A stretch of 60,405 nucleotides of DNA, filler included, from Candidatus Fermentibacterota bacterium (GTDB taxonomy: Bacteria; JAFGKV01): the NCBI GenBank assembly GCA_016928395.1. It is 5 parts of 5 records of this genome, joined end to end, with 100 filler letters (N's around TTAATTAATTAA, not from the genome) between each part and the next. Parts side by side here need not be neighbours in the genome. Positions count along the whole stretch, not along the records: positions 22,166 to 52,009 come from JAFGKV010000006.1; 4 more parts are not named here. One strand, written 5' to 3'. Below are positions 31,201 to 39,340 of this stretch, piece by piece. The notes under the pieces were generated by a model. It searched no databases. It was not told the origin of the DNA and saw only the letters and a program-made list of their open reading frames with translations. How positions within the stretch are numbered: position 1 is the stretch's first letter; every line of letters starts with the position of its first letter. The translations under genes and the position numbers were made by a program.

Positions 31201-31864
31201 CTCTGCGGCCCGGGAGCGTCGGCTTGACAACAACAGCGCCGAGCGATCGTTGATCGTGAGCCCGAAAGACCGCGACCCGCCCGTCATTACCCTGGCCGTG
31301 GCCTTGCCCGGCTTCGGCGATTCGGCCTGGGTGCCGCCCATGGTGCCGGTGATCTCCCATCTGACGGATGCGGAAACCGGCATCGATACGGCCAGCGTGA
31401 CGGTCTACGTTGATGATGAAACCTACCCCGTCACGCCCGTATGGCAGGTCGTCGATCCCGGGTTACGTCTGGAGACAACGGTTGGTCCGTTGGCCCCCGG
31501 CCTGCACGCCCTTCGTCTTGAGGGGGCAGATCAGGCAGCCAACCGCGGCGTCAGCCCGACAGTGATGGTCACCGTGGCGGAGGAGGCAGCCGGCATCAGT
31601 CTCGTGGCCATGCAACGCGATCATCTAGACGAGACCGTGTTCGTGGTGCGGTGCGCGTTCGAGGAATCGGCGGAACTCGGTGTGTACACCGTATCGGGTC
31701 GGCTGCTGATGCGCTGGGGCGGGGAGATCGCACCCCCCATGACCATGGTGTGCTGGGATCGCCGGGATCGCGACGGTGACCGGGTGGCCAACGGCGTCTA
31801 CTTCGTGCGGGCGGAGACCCAATCGGGCCATCGGGCAACCACCACCATGGCCCTCCTTCGCTAG
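25220..31864 (+). CDS. C25 (gingipain/PorU-like) cysteine peptidase with CARDB repeats and a FlgD-Ig/T9SS-like C-terminal domain
   Basis: DIYDEFN, FGDASWD, IGRLP, NYIGHG (His), LTCNSN (Cys), LLGEP; multiple PDL...NN CARDB units; C-terminal YTVSGRLL...WDRRDRDG...NGVYFV. Confidence 0.85.
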   Translation: MISPMMLCIALAGESLPPVISVIPSPPDRVILEAHWETVSIARDSSGRLRVIAPSLAYAMPVGSPDLPHGAVAVALPPRGDYEVSAFPSGVTSHTGLIAAVDDTLRTGTMRVPQTWHAVTAEGWLRHQRMMELTLFPAIPSPMGLSTARRVRVEIRFTDIGIGGGTVKEEPSFEAVYRVAVNHQQATAWRATPPVTLRRDPVLPPEHAVKVYVDRRGITALSGADMEIAGIDISTVDPSTLRLTCRGEDVPYAFTGLGTHILSPTDSLLFFGHPNYRADEGCRLVDWWDHFSAANVYWLSWGEAPGIRFTQRPAAPSGAHPVVEWHAAVAHAEQDLLAFLSNEGDAPWPTEWYWQRWSAGTQGVTKDFTVVVDSPRPTQSALLLRASLHGYSNLSGVQWQYHTTFALNGNPLGDVYWGQWNGRVPFCYDSQQQGDLIQAEWIQQGTNTFAVRLLPDIDPEKGPLSTAYFDSWSLRYDRILKAVQDTLEFEAPPGTGAGMRTFRVQGVSTADVVLLDMVRQERLIGADHIGTTLTFETSVADSTRFALASRARLVQPLKIVKERPADPPLSSGDAQAAYLIISYDREEAGDADPYHNLFDAAINLALARDAVVPTRVFDVQDIYDEFNWGIIDPEAIRDFLKHAFSTWSLVPPEYVLFFGDASWDYLGRSGPTAKKSFVPCWGYPISENHFVELSDGDFFPDLHIGRLPVENSFQADNAVAKVLAYPAPYQEDETWRKRALMVVGGFTDSEQTIFESHAESILTGYVLPAPFLGDPSRVYRSLTGYQPGYYNQRIVDAINDGCVALNYIGHGAALTWGIMFDVTDVGSLTNDLSLPVTMGLTCNSNAFGEPDTSCLGEVFLRLGDPAHGAIASWGATARANEYSAWRGSLAFFQALCIDLERRVGPLTTAGKIAGGSSVWTMFSLLGEPLVELPVPTGPDLVINEDSLSVTPSVVGENHDVAIDVVVENHGRASPEQVIVRFAAGPEGSSSEIAAVSDTCGMRRRSPYTVTWNTGAGLGPRIVSASADHLDVMAELREDNNVATLPFEALLAPPSVAAPFDCQVSTTASVWLTVNNLPGQSTGRTYEFQIARTDSFTPSSPGFASSGAVSQQQGSTGWSPLGLMQGTTYFWRCKAMEGSFDGAWSPTASVTIDTTASGTVWAQRHGAQFAADSLAQLVVDRELHTVVLRAQVNPTDYAHVDQGATVPFVSSYMTQPYTDPLNLIGEDIGSGAGQYGQFLFANNDYAQEALIDLGQERTIGIVGSEHWIGLDDRPVWSFYRISSSLNNVDFEEWGALGPYTLPSLGNVPTPMFFSVETPRPVKFLRFQFGQGLPHPFPGGALWGSRIYEVFAYAVDFLPSGTLTSSAAGPAASWQQATWDADIPPGASFTVTVLSSSTATGQFLPVQGLGGLSASPVDLNAITDPYVKLVGTASTTDPRVTPALHQWRLRFQGGVDMAFRGGLSVTPPLPPAGSVAQIGGVMVNQGISTADTVRFLLRDTTTSAAVDIMDTLLIGLQPGAVWQFAVPWLSTIGRHTVTASAEVRGGAPEVAPGDNEAAVEVVVLPDPACLALRAVTPQPQQYGALLLEGIIGNQGSVLTDSVPWVLESKGPDAAAFVAVDSGATGFVTPGESIAVAIQWPPPRTPGMHDLLFAVAYSGEQVSIANDTVEISIRIAGAADLVIDSLAFSNSQPPAGDPVGVRLRVLNAGEAGVDSVFLVLFHTPPGGDEATLAVWELSVEGGQARAMEATFVTSGLPGLHRIRAVADPDDVIPEADEGNNSRADSITVLSGADLLCTGLSLAPLPVLTRDTVVAFATVRNAGEIAVGSFELAWEAAELRLLAGDGTVGGLDGTSEEQVSATFLAPSVPAEGVIRLMIDAPDSVEETNEGNNVAESAVGIVAEPDLAVRSDEVRFDPSAPTEDDTVAVRFVVRNSGGAPSEEFLVSVAHRPGGSGAWTEFFASTFSSIAPGGFAEGHAAWIADDYRLTHWFCVTCNPDSAARERRLDNNSAERSLIVSPKDRDPPVITLAVALPGFGDSAWVPPMVPVISHLTDAETGIDTASVTVYVDDETYPVTPVWQVVDPGLRLETTVGPLAPGLHALRLEGADQAANRGVSPTVMVTVAEEAAGISLVAMQRDHLDETVFVVRCAFEESAELGVYTVSGRLLMRWGGEIAPPMTMVCWDRRDRDGDRVANGVYFVRAETQSGHRATTTMALLR

Positions 31865-31873
31865 GGTATTCCC

Positions 31874-34800
31874 GTGTGGGTCGTGATGCTGGTAGCTGCC
31901 GCGCTGGCAACGGCCGATGAGCCGAGACTCCTGTGGTCAAGCCCCCAGGCGGCCCAGTTCGTGGTTGAGGCGGACACGGCCTCCATTCTGCGCGTGATCC
32001 GCGCTGGTGTCCCCTGGCCGGGCACACCGGTGCTGGTGGCTACCTCTGGTCCTTCTCGAGTGGAATGGACATCCACCGAAGCCCCCATGGCTTTGGCTCT
32101 TCCCGACACCGCCACGGCCTGTGAGCTTGCTCCCGTGGCCGCCATCGAGGGTGAAGGGTTTTTTCGTTCACAGCACGTGAGTCGAGTGCTGGTGCAGCCG
32201 CTGCAGCGTGGGCGCGAGGGCTGGGTGCTGTACGGCCATGTGATCGTGACTGTCACCTTCCCCCACGGAGACAGGCCGCGTGCCGGTACACCTGATCCGC
32301 TTATCGCCGATGTGCTGGCGCCGCTGGTCATCAACGGCCCTCTGCAGCCGACGGGCCCCCGAACGCGTTCGCTTCGCGAGATTTCGCCACCGCCGGAACC
32401 GTCGTGCAAGATCGTTGTGGATCACCGGGGACTCTATGCAGTCACCTGGGATGACCTCGTCGCGGCGGGGGTGAACATGGGCATTGTTCGCAGCGCCAGC
32501 CTGCGCCTTTGGTATCATGGCGTAGAGCAGGCGTTTCTGGTGAATGATGGCGGTGACGGCAGATTCGGCCCAGGCGATTCCATGGTGTTCTTCGGTGATG
32601 AGCGGTTCAGGGACAACCCGGCCGGTCGGAGAATCGACTATGTGAGCCAGTACTCCCGCGAGGCAACGTACTGGCTTTCATGGGGAGGGGGTGACGGCCT
32701 ACGATGGACCATAACCGATGCAACTGCCGGGGCTGGTGACCCTGCGGCGCCATGGTACTGGGAGTGGGTTCACGCTGAACAGGAGAATGTTGAGTTTGTC
32801 GGCACCCACAACGAGGCATTCAACAATGAGATCGAGTGGTACTGGCAGCAGCTAAATGCCAGTACCGTCACACGGGAGTTTGCTGTCTTTGTGGATGAAA
32901 TCGCCGCGGCGGATAGCTTCGTTCTTCGGGTGGGCCTCCAGGGTGGCTCGACGGGGGTTGGCCATCACTCCCAGTTTTTTGTCATGGGAACTCAGGTCGG
33001 CGAGTCATGGTGGGGAGATGTCTCCGGCCGGGAGGCCTTGGTGTTCGACAGCGCCGACTCGGGCATGGCACTGCCCGTGGCTTTGTTGAGTACTCCTGCC
33101 ACCACCATCGGCCTCAAGGAACTACCCGACGGTCCCTCAGGCTCCGGCGCCTACAGTTTTCTTAACTGGATCGAAATAGGCTACCCCCGCGGCCATGTCG
33201 CGGGAGGGGGCATTCTCGGATTCGCCGGCCCCCAGGGCTCGATGGGTGAACGGTACCGTTTCGGCGTGCGGGGTTTGACCGATGCAGATGTGTGCCTGGT
33301 GAACGTCACCCGATCCCAATGGCTTACGGGCTCCGCCATGAGCGGCGACACGTTGCTCTTCTCCGCTGACGCGGGCATGGATGACCTCATCTGGTTGCAG
33401 CATGATGCCGTTGCCGATTCAGTTGTGTCCATCGTGCCATATCAGGCCGTGGATCCGCCACTGGACTCCTCTCAACGGGCCGCAGACTACATCGTGGTGA
33501 CGCATCCGCTCCTTTCGGCCTCTGCCGACACCCTGGTTGCTCTGGCTGGTCAGGCCCACGGGCTTCGATCTGCACGCGTCGATGTCTACGATCTCTACGA
33601 CAATTTCTCCGGAGGAGAGCCGCATCCCGATGCCGTCAGGGACTTCCTTGTGTGTGCCTTCGAGAACTGGGCGCCTCCCGCCGTGTCCATGGCAGTGCTT
33701 CTGGGCGATGCAAGTTGGGATTTCCTTGGGGTGTCCGGTCCTGAGGCGCAGGCTAATCTCGTGCCAACCTGGGGCAATCCGGGGAACGACTTCTACTTCA
33801 CCCGGCTGACCCATGACGGGTCGGGTACCTATGACTGGATACCCGATATTGCCGTGGGGCGGCTTGCCGCGCGGAGCGAAGACGAGGCGCGGGTCATGGT
33901 GAATCGCGTGGCAGTCTATCTTCGCCAGAACCACACGGCCAAGGGTCTGCTGTTCGTGGCCCACGGCAGCTCCGACTGGGAGCATCAGAGCTTCGCGAGC
34001 CTCTCGAACACCCTGGCCGAGCAAGGAGTTCCCTCGGAAATGCTGGCTATCCGCGATACCGTGTATGCCGATCCTGAAGGGACTCCCGGTGCTCGATGGT
34101 ACAAGGACGATTTCGTGAATGCGCGGCGGCGCGGACCGCTGTTGGTGCATTTCATGGGCCGGGGAGACTTCTATACCTGGTGCATGGAGTCGCACACCAC
34201 CCTGCCCGATACCCTCGTCCAACCACTGCCTCTCCCGTTCCTCATAGGTGGCTCCTGTCATAGCGGGCGATTCGCCATGCCGGACAGTTCCTGCCTGGGC
34301 GAGGTCGAACTCCGCGCCGCACTTCCTGGTGCGGGCTCCATCGGGATCGTCTCTAGTACGGGTATCACTTCCATTGGCCAGGCCTATGTGTGGTCACAGT
34401 ATGCACTCACGGGGCTATTGTCCGGCCAGCCGGTGGGCAACGCCTATCTGGCGGGTGTGCTTTTCGCCGGGAGTTTTCTCGCGCAACGCTACATCCTTCT
34501 GGCAGACCCCGCATTCGCCCTGGCGCGGCCCTCACTCCCCGACCTGACGGCGCCAGAAGGATGGTTGACGGTAGACCCCCCCGAACCATCGGAAGGTGAT
34601 CCCTCATCGTACCTCCATGCCATACTCTCCAACGATGGCTGCGCTGCGGATGCATCCCACGATTCATGCTGGGTCGTGTTCTCCGATAGCAGTGCATCGG
34701 GGGTAGGGTCGCTGGGCCAGTTTCGGGTCGGGCTGCCCGTGCAGCGGGACACAATGTTGGTGCTGCCGTGGATTCCGCCGCCGGCCAGGGGCCTGCACCG

Positions 34801-36055
34801 CATCTCGGTGACTATCGATGCAGACAATGAGATCCACGAGTCCGACGAGACCAACAATGGAGCCGCCTGCGACGTCGCCGTCTTTTTCGACGCACCCGAG
34901 CCCTCTGCGCCATCGGATGGCGGGCTGATCCGCCACGCTGTCCAACTCGTGGTCGCCAGTATCCCGGGTGAACCGAACGTGTCGTACCGATTCCAGGCCG
35001 CCGCTGATCCCCGGTTTGCTTTCGACGAGACTTTGTACGACTCCGGCCTGCTGCCTGCCGGGGAGTACTACACGACGGCTACACCGCCGCCTCTTCCAGA
35101 ACGAACTGCCCTTTATTGGCGGTGCAGAGCCGAGGATGGCGACATCCCCGGGGCGTGGTCGCCGGTGATGTCTTTTGAGATCGATCGCCTGGCGTCTTCC
35201 GGCGGATGGCGGCAACGGCACTGGGGTCAGTTCGTGGCTGATTCGCTCCTGCAATGCAGGGTGGACACGGTGCAGTCCCTGGTGCGGTTAGCGACGTCCA
35301 TGGGCGCCGACGTCGCCCTGGCGGATTCCGGCGCAACCGTGGTCTCCACATCCAGCGTGTATCCTGGCTCGAGTCCTGCCAAGCTCATCGGCCCCGGGTT
35401 CTTCCTCTTCGGCAACAATGATCTGGATCAGACGGCGACAATAGACCTGGGCAGTACCCGTACGTTGACCGCCGTGGGCGCCGAAGTGTGGGCCGGCGCC
35501 ATGGACAGAGGCGTGTGGTCCTTGCTGGAGCTGGCCGGCAGCGTCGACGGCTCCGGCTATACCTCCTGGGTATACTACGGCGAATTCCCCCAGCCCAACC
35601 TTGAGATCCCGGCCAGGATCCACGTAGTCCTGGATAGTCCGCACCAATCCCGGTATATTCGCGCCCGATTCGGCGCAGGATGTCCTCACCCTGAGGCGCT
35701 GTGGGGTTCCCGTATCTACGAGGTGTATGCGTTTCCTCTCGTCCGGCCGGATGACGGCCGCGTGATTGGCCCGATGGTGGGTCCGGCCGCTTTCTGGTTG
35801 GAGTGCATGGCCGAGGCCCTGATCCCACAGGCCCGTGATTCGGTGCTGGTGACCGTCGCGGGCTATTCGGTCTCTCATCTGGCCTGGGAGCCTATTCAGG
35901 GCTTCATTGATCTCCCTGCGCCGGGATCCTGGTCGTTGGGTACGATCAATCCCGACGCCTATCCCTGGCTTCGGATGGAGGCGTCCCTCCGGGCCGGCGA
36001 TGAGGGCGAAGGCCCCGCGCTGACAGCATGGAGTGTTTTCTACGCACCACGATGA
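31874..36055 (+). CDS. Second C25-family paralog with the catalytic His replaced and no C-terminal sorting domain
   Basis: DLYDNFS, LGDASWD, VGRL, FMGRG (instead of GHG), GSCHSG, LLADP; one CARDB; shares WGSRIYEV with the upstream paralog. Confidence 0.8.
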   Translation: MWVVMLVAAALATADEPRLLWSSPQAAQFVVEADTASILRVIRAGVPWPGTPVLVATSGPSRVEWTSTEAPMALALPDTATACELAPVAAIEGEGFFRSQHVSRVLVQPLQRGREGWVLYGHVIVTVTFPHGDRPRAGTPDPLIADVLAPLVINGPLQPTGPRTRSLREISPPPEPSCKIVVDHRGLYAVTWDDLVAAGVNMGIVRSASLRLWYHGVEQAFLVNDGGDGRFGPGDSMVFFGDERFRDNPAGRRIDYVSQYSREATYWLSWGGGDGLRWTITDATAGAGDPAAPWYWEWVHAEQENVEFVGTHNEAFNNEIEWYWQQLNASTVTREFAVFVDEIAAADSFVLRVGLQGGSTGVGHHSQFFVMGTQVGESWWGDVSGREALVFDSADSGMALPVALLSTPATTIGLKELPDGPSGSGAYSFLNWIEIGYPRGHVAGGGILGFAGPQGSMGERYRFGVRGLTDADVCLVNVTRSQWLTGSAMSGDTLLFSADAGMDDLIWLQHDAVADSVVSIVPYQAVDPPLDSSQRAADYIVVTHPLLSASADTLVALAGQAHGLRSARVDVYDLYDNFSGGEPHPDAVRDFLVCAFENWAPPAVSMAVLLGDASWDFLGVSGPEAQANLVPTWGNPGNDFYFTRLTHDGSGTYDWIPDIAVGRLAARSEDEARVMVNRVAVYLRQNHTAKGLLFVAHGSSDWEHQSFASLSNTLAEQGVPSEMLAIRDTVYADPEGTPGARWYKDDFVNARRRGPLLVHFMGRGDFYTWCMESHTTLPDTLVQPLPLPFLIGGSCHSGRFAMPDSSCLGEVELRAALPGAGSIGIVSSTGITSIGQAYVWSQYALTGLLSGQPVGNAYLAGVLFAGSFLAQRYILLADPAFALARPSLPDLTAPEGWLTVDPPEPSEGDPSSYLHAILSNDGCAADASHDSCWVVFSDSSASGVGSLGQFRVGLPVQRDTMLVLPWIPPPARGLHRISVTIDADNEIHESDETNNGAACDVAVFFDAPEPSAPSDGGLIRHAVQLVVASIPGEPNVSYRFQAAADPRFAFDETLYDSGLLPAGEYYTTATPPPLPERTALYWRCRAEDGDIPGAWSPVMSFEIDRLASSGGWRQRHWGQFVADSLLQCRVDTVQSLVRLATSMGADVALADSGATVVSTSSVYPGSSPAKLIGPGFFLFGNNDLDQTATIDLGSTRTLTAVGAEVWAGAMDRGVWSLLELAGSVDGSGYTSWVYYGEFPQPNLEIPARIHVVLDSPHQSRYIRARFGAGCPHPEALWGSRIYEVYAFPLVRPDDGRVIGPMVGPAAFWLECMAEALIPQARDSVLVTVAGYSVSHLAWEPIQGFIDLPAPGSWSLGTINPDAYPWLRMEASLRAGDEGEGPALTAWSVFYAPR

Positions 36056-36083
36056 CGCCCCAGGGCGAGAAGAGTAGGAGTGC

Positions 36084-36884
36084 ATGCTTTTTCGAACGAA
36101 TCCATTGAACGAGTTTTACGAGTACCGCGAGCTCCTGCTGAACCTGGTGGCCAAGGAGTACAAGGCCAAGTACAAGGGCACGGTCTTTGGCTTCCTGTGG
36201 AGTCTTGTCGTACCCTTGATCATGGTGGGCGTCTACTGGTTCGCCTTCGGCTACCTCATGCGAGCTCCCATCGAGGATTTTCCGGTCTACCTCCTCTCTG
36301 GCCTGCTCCCCTGGACCTTCTTCTCCGGAAGCCTGATGGGCGCCGTGAGCTCCATCAGCGCCAATGCCAGCCTGATCAAGAAGATCTACTTTCCCCGGGA
36401 GATTCTCCCCATATCAACCGTCTTGTTCAATCTAGTTCATTTCCTGTTGAGTTTCGTGATTCTCTTCCCCGCTCTGGCGATTTTCGGGCGGCCCATTCGT
36501 CTGGAGCTCTATCTCCTACTGCCCCTGGTGCTCATCGTTCATCTCGCCTTGACCTGTGGTGTTGCGTTGTTGGTGGCCGCGTGGAATGTCTTTTTCCGGG
36601 ACGTGCAGCATCTGCTGGAAGTCCTCCTCATGGCATGGTTTTTCATGACGCCGATCATCTACGCATACGACCAGGTGAGCGGGGCGCTTCGGGGCCCGCT
36701 CCTCCTGCTCTACAACCTCAACCCCATGGTTGGGGTGGTTGAGCTCTACCACGCCATCCTTTACGGCGCCCGGTTCCCTTCGCCCATGTCCGTGGCTCAG
36801 AGCATCGGTTCCGCCGCCGTGTGGCTGGTAGTTGGCTTGGTCGCGTTCAAACGGGTCGAGCCCAGATTTGCTGAAGAGATCTGA
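36084..36884 (+). CDS. wzm: Polysaccharide ABC transporter permease
   Basis: KAKYKGTVFGFLWSL, LIKKIYFPRE, FFRDV, FFMTPIIY, LNPM, FAEEI. Confidence 0.92.
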   Translation: MLFRTNPLNEFYEYRELLLNLVAKEYKAKYKGTVFGFLWSLVVPLIMVGVYWFAFGYLMRAPIEDFPVYLLSGLLPWTFFSGSLMGAVSSISANASLIKKIYFPREILPISTVLFNLVHFLLSFVILFPALAIFGRPIRLELYLLLPLVLIVHLALTCGVALLVAAWNVFFRDVQHLLEVLLMAWFFMTPIIYAYDQVSGALRGPLLLLYNLNPMVGVVELYHAILYGARFPSPMSVAQSIGSAAVWLVVGLVAFKRVEPRFAEEI

Positions 36885-36885
36885 C

Positions 36886-38622
36886 ATGAGCCACATCGCC
36901 ATCCGGTTCGAGAATGTATCTAAGCGCTTCCGACTCTATCACCAGAAACACTACTCACTCAAAGAGAGCGTGTTGAACCTCTTCCGGGATCGCGGGCGCT
37001 GGGAGGAGTTTTGGGCTCTGAAGGCCATCGATATTGAGGTTCCTGCCGGACAGATGCTGGGTATCATCGGCGAGAATGGTTCCGGCAAGTCCACATGTCT
37101 CAAACTGCTGGCCAGGATCCTGGTGCCCGACACCGGCTCCGTGACCGCTCAAGGGTCAGTCTCGGCGCTCATAGAGCTGGGCGCCGGGTTTCAACCTGAC
37201 TTCACGGGTCGTGAGAATGTCTATCTCAATGGTTCGATCCTGGGGTTCACCCGCAAGGAGGTCGATGAGCGTTTCGATGATATCGTGCGCTTTGCCGAAC
37301 TGGAGAGGTTCATCGATACTCCCGTGAAGACCTACAGTTCAGGCATGTACATGCGGCTGGGCTTTTCCATCGCCACCCACGTGGATCCCGATATTCTCCT
37401 TATCGATGAAATCCTCGCGGTCGGGGACGAGCCCTTCCAGGAGAAGTGCCTGGAACGTATCCAGCAGTTCCGCCAGGCCGGTAAGACCATCGTCTTCGTA
37501 TCACACGCGTTGGGTGCGGTGGAGAATCTCTGTGACCGCGCCGTGCTCCTCTCCAAAGGCAGGCTGGTAGCTGATGCCCTCCCCGGCGAAGCCATCGAGT
37601 GCTACCGACGCATCCTGGGAATGGCCACCCAAACCCAGGTGCTTACCCCAATGCCGAGTCCTGAGCACGCCAGGTCTTTTGCGACTGAAGGGGAAGACCT
37701 TCAGCAGCAGGTCCGCACCCTCTGCGAGCGTATGGATTGGCTGGACCGCCGGATTAGCGCGCCGATGTCAGTGGAGAACGCCTTCCAGAGGATTGTACAG
37801 CTTGAGACTAGCATGGGAGTCGTGCACCGGCAGGGCGAGACTCGAGATCAGGCGCTTCGCGACCTGAACGCCAAACATGCGGCGCTGGAGGGACAGCTTG
37901 CCGCGACCGGGCACCGAGAAGTCACCTCGAGCGGACAAGGCCTTTCAGAGGCGGGTGTGGTCGGCGCCGAGCTGCCTGAGAGGCTCGCATGGCTGGAGCG
38001 CCGCATAAGCGGCCCCATCTCCGTCGAGAATGTGCAGGAGCGCCTTGTGCAGCTCGAGGACACCATGGGGGTGGTGCATCAGCAGGACGCGACGCGCGAC
38101 GGCGCGCTGGGGGATCTGACCTCCAGGATACTCCAGCTTGAGAGCAGGATTGCCACCTTCTTGGCCGAAGGCACTGCAATGGTGCCCCGGCAGTATGGGA
38201 CCAGAGCGGTTGAGCTCGTTGACGTAGTATTCTTCAACAGCGATGGCAAGGAGACAACGCATTTCCGAAGTGGCGACTCCTTGGTGATTCGCATCAAGTA
38301 CAGGGTGAGATCATCGGTGCGCACCCCCGTGGTCGGGATTGCCTTCGCTGACCAGCGCGGAGCCGTCGTTTTCGGCAGCAATACCCAGATAGACGACACC
38401 GCGGCAGACCTTCGCGGGAATGGCGAGATTGAGATCGTCATCACGCGTCTGGTGCTGCTCGCGGGCCTGTTTTACGTTACCATCGCGGCCCACTCCGCAG
38501 ATCACGCCGTTCAGTACCATCGGCTGGAAAACTGCTATAGCATCCAGGTTGAACCCCGTCGGGGTTTCGACGGCAAGGTCGATATGGAGTGTCGTTGGCG
38601 CGTGGTGGCCAACCGGGAATGA
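36886..38622 (+). CDS. wzt: Polysaccharide ABC transporter ATPase with a coiled-coil insert and a C-terminal Wzt carbohydrate-binding domain
   Basis: GENGSGKST, YSSGMYMRLGF, LIDEILAVGD; Wzt_C-like region YGT...V.F...GDSL...VFGSNT. Confidence 0.92.
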   Translation: MSHIAIRFENVSKRFRLYHQKHYSLKESVLNLFRDRGRWEEFWALKAIDIEVPAGQMLGIIGENGSGKSTCLKLLARILVPDTGSVTAQGSVSALIELGAGFQPDFTGRENVYLNGSILGFTRKEVDERFDDIVRFAELERFIDTPVKTYSSGMYMRLGFSIATHVDPDILLIDEILAVGDEPFQEKCLERIQQFRQAGKTIVFVSHALGAVENLCDRAVLLSKGRLVADALPGEAIECYRRILGMATQTQVLTPMPSPEHARSFATEGEDLQQQVRTLCERMDWLDRRISAPMSVENAFQRIVQLETSMGVVHRQGETRDQALRDLNAKHAALEGQLAATGHREVTSSGQGLSEAGVVGAELPERLAWLERRISGPISVENVQERLVQLEDTMGVVHQQDATRDGALGDLTSRILQLESRIATFLAEGTAMVPRQYGTRAVELVDVVFFNSDGKETTHFRSGDSLVIRIKYRVRSSVRTPVVGIAFADQRGAVVFGSNTQIDDTAADLRGNGEIEIVITRLVLLAGLFYVTIAAHSADHAVQYHRLENCYSIQVEPRRGFDGKVDMECRWRVVANRE

Positions 38623-38627
38623 GGTGA

Positions 38628-39338
38628 GTGGTGAATGAGATCCACCCCGCCGACGAACTGGATGTGCGGGAGATTCTGCGTGCCATCCGGGCCGAGGTCT
38701 CCGCCCCGACGCAGGAATCTGCGGAGCCATCCTCGGTGACGCACCGTGATTTGGAGATTCTGCGGTCACACCATGATGTGCGGCAGTATGATCTCTCCAC
38801 GGAGCGGTCTCTTGGGCCCCTGGTGGTGGGTGCCAAGAAACTCGTCGAAGCGGTGGTGCGCCCGTATGCAGGGCACTTCCTGGACAAGCAGGCCCATTTC
38901 AACGCAGCTCTCCAGCGGGTCGTCTCTCAGCTTCTCTCCCAATTGGAGGGCATCAACCAGCAGTTGGCGACAATCCAGAAGGACCAGCAGGCTTTGCAGC
39001 AACTGATTCGAAACGATATGGATGATCTCCGGACGAGGCTGGAGCGTCTCCGGGGAGAGATGGCACAGCGGCACCAGAGCCTTCACACGGCCTTGCACGC
39101 GGGCCTGGAGGAGCAGGAACGGCTGTTTGCAGAGCGGGAGGCCGCCACCAGCAACGAACTGCAGGCCACCGCCATCGGGCTTCATCATGGTCTGTCGGAG
39201 GCTGTTGATCGTCTCCAGGCCAGGCTCTCCGACGTTGAGAAGAAGTCTCTTGAAAGCCAGAAGGATATGCAGGATCGTCTCTCCAAGGAGATCGCCGCAG
39301 TCGTTGATTTCATCGAAGAAGTGCTGCCGGTGCTGTAG
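38628..39338 (+). CDS. Coiled-coil protein in the glycan-export locus
   Basis: LGPLVV.AKKLV...VRPY...Q.HFN motif followed by heptad-rich helix. Confidence 0.7.
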   Translation: MVNEIHPADELDVREILRAIRAEVSAPTQESAEPSSVTHRDLEILRSHHDVRQYDLSTERSLGPLVVGAKKLVEAVVRPYAGHFLDKQAHFNAALQRVVSQLLSQLEGINQQLATIQKDQQALQQLIRNDMDDLRTRLERLRGEMAQRHQSLHTALHAGLEEQERLFAEREAATSNELQATAIGLHHGLSEAVDRLQARLSDVEKKSLESQKDMQDRLSKEIAAVVDFIEEVLPVL

Positions 39339-39340
39339 CC

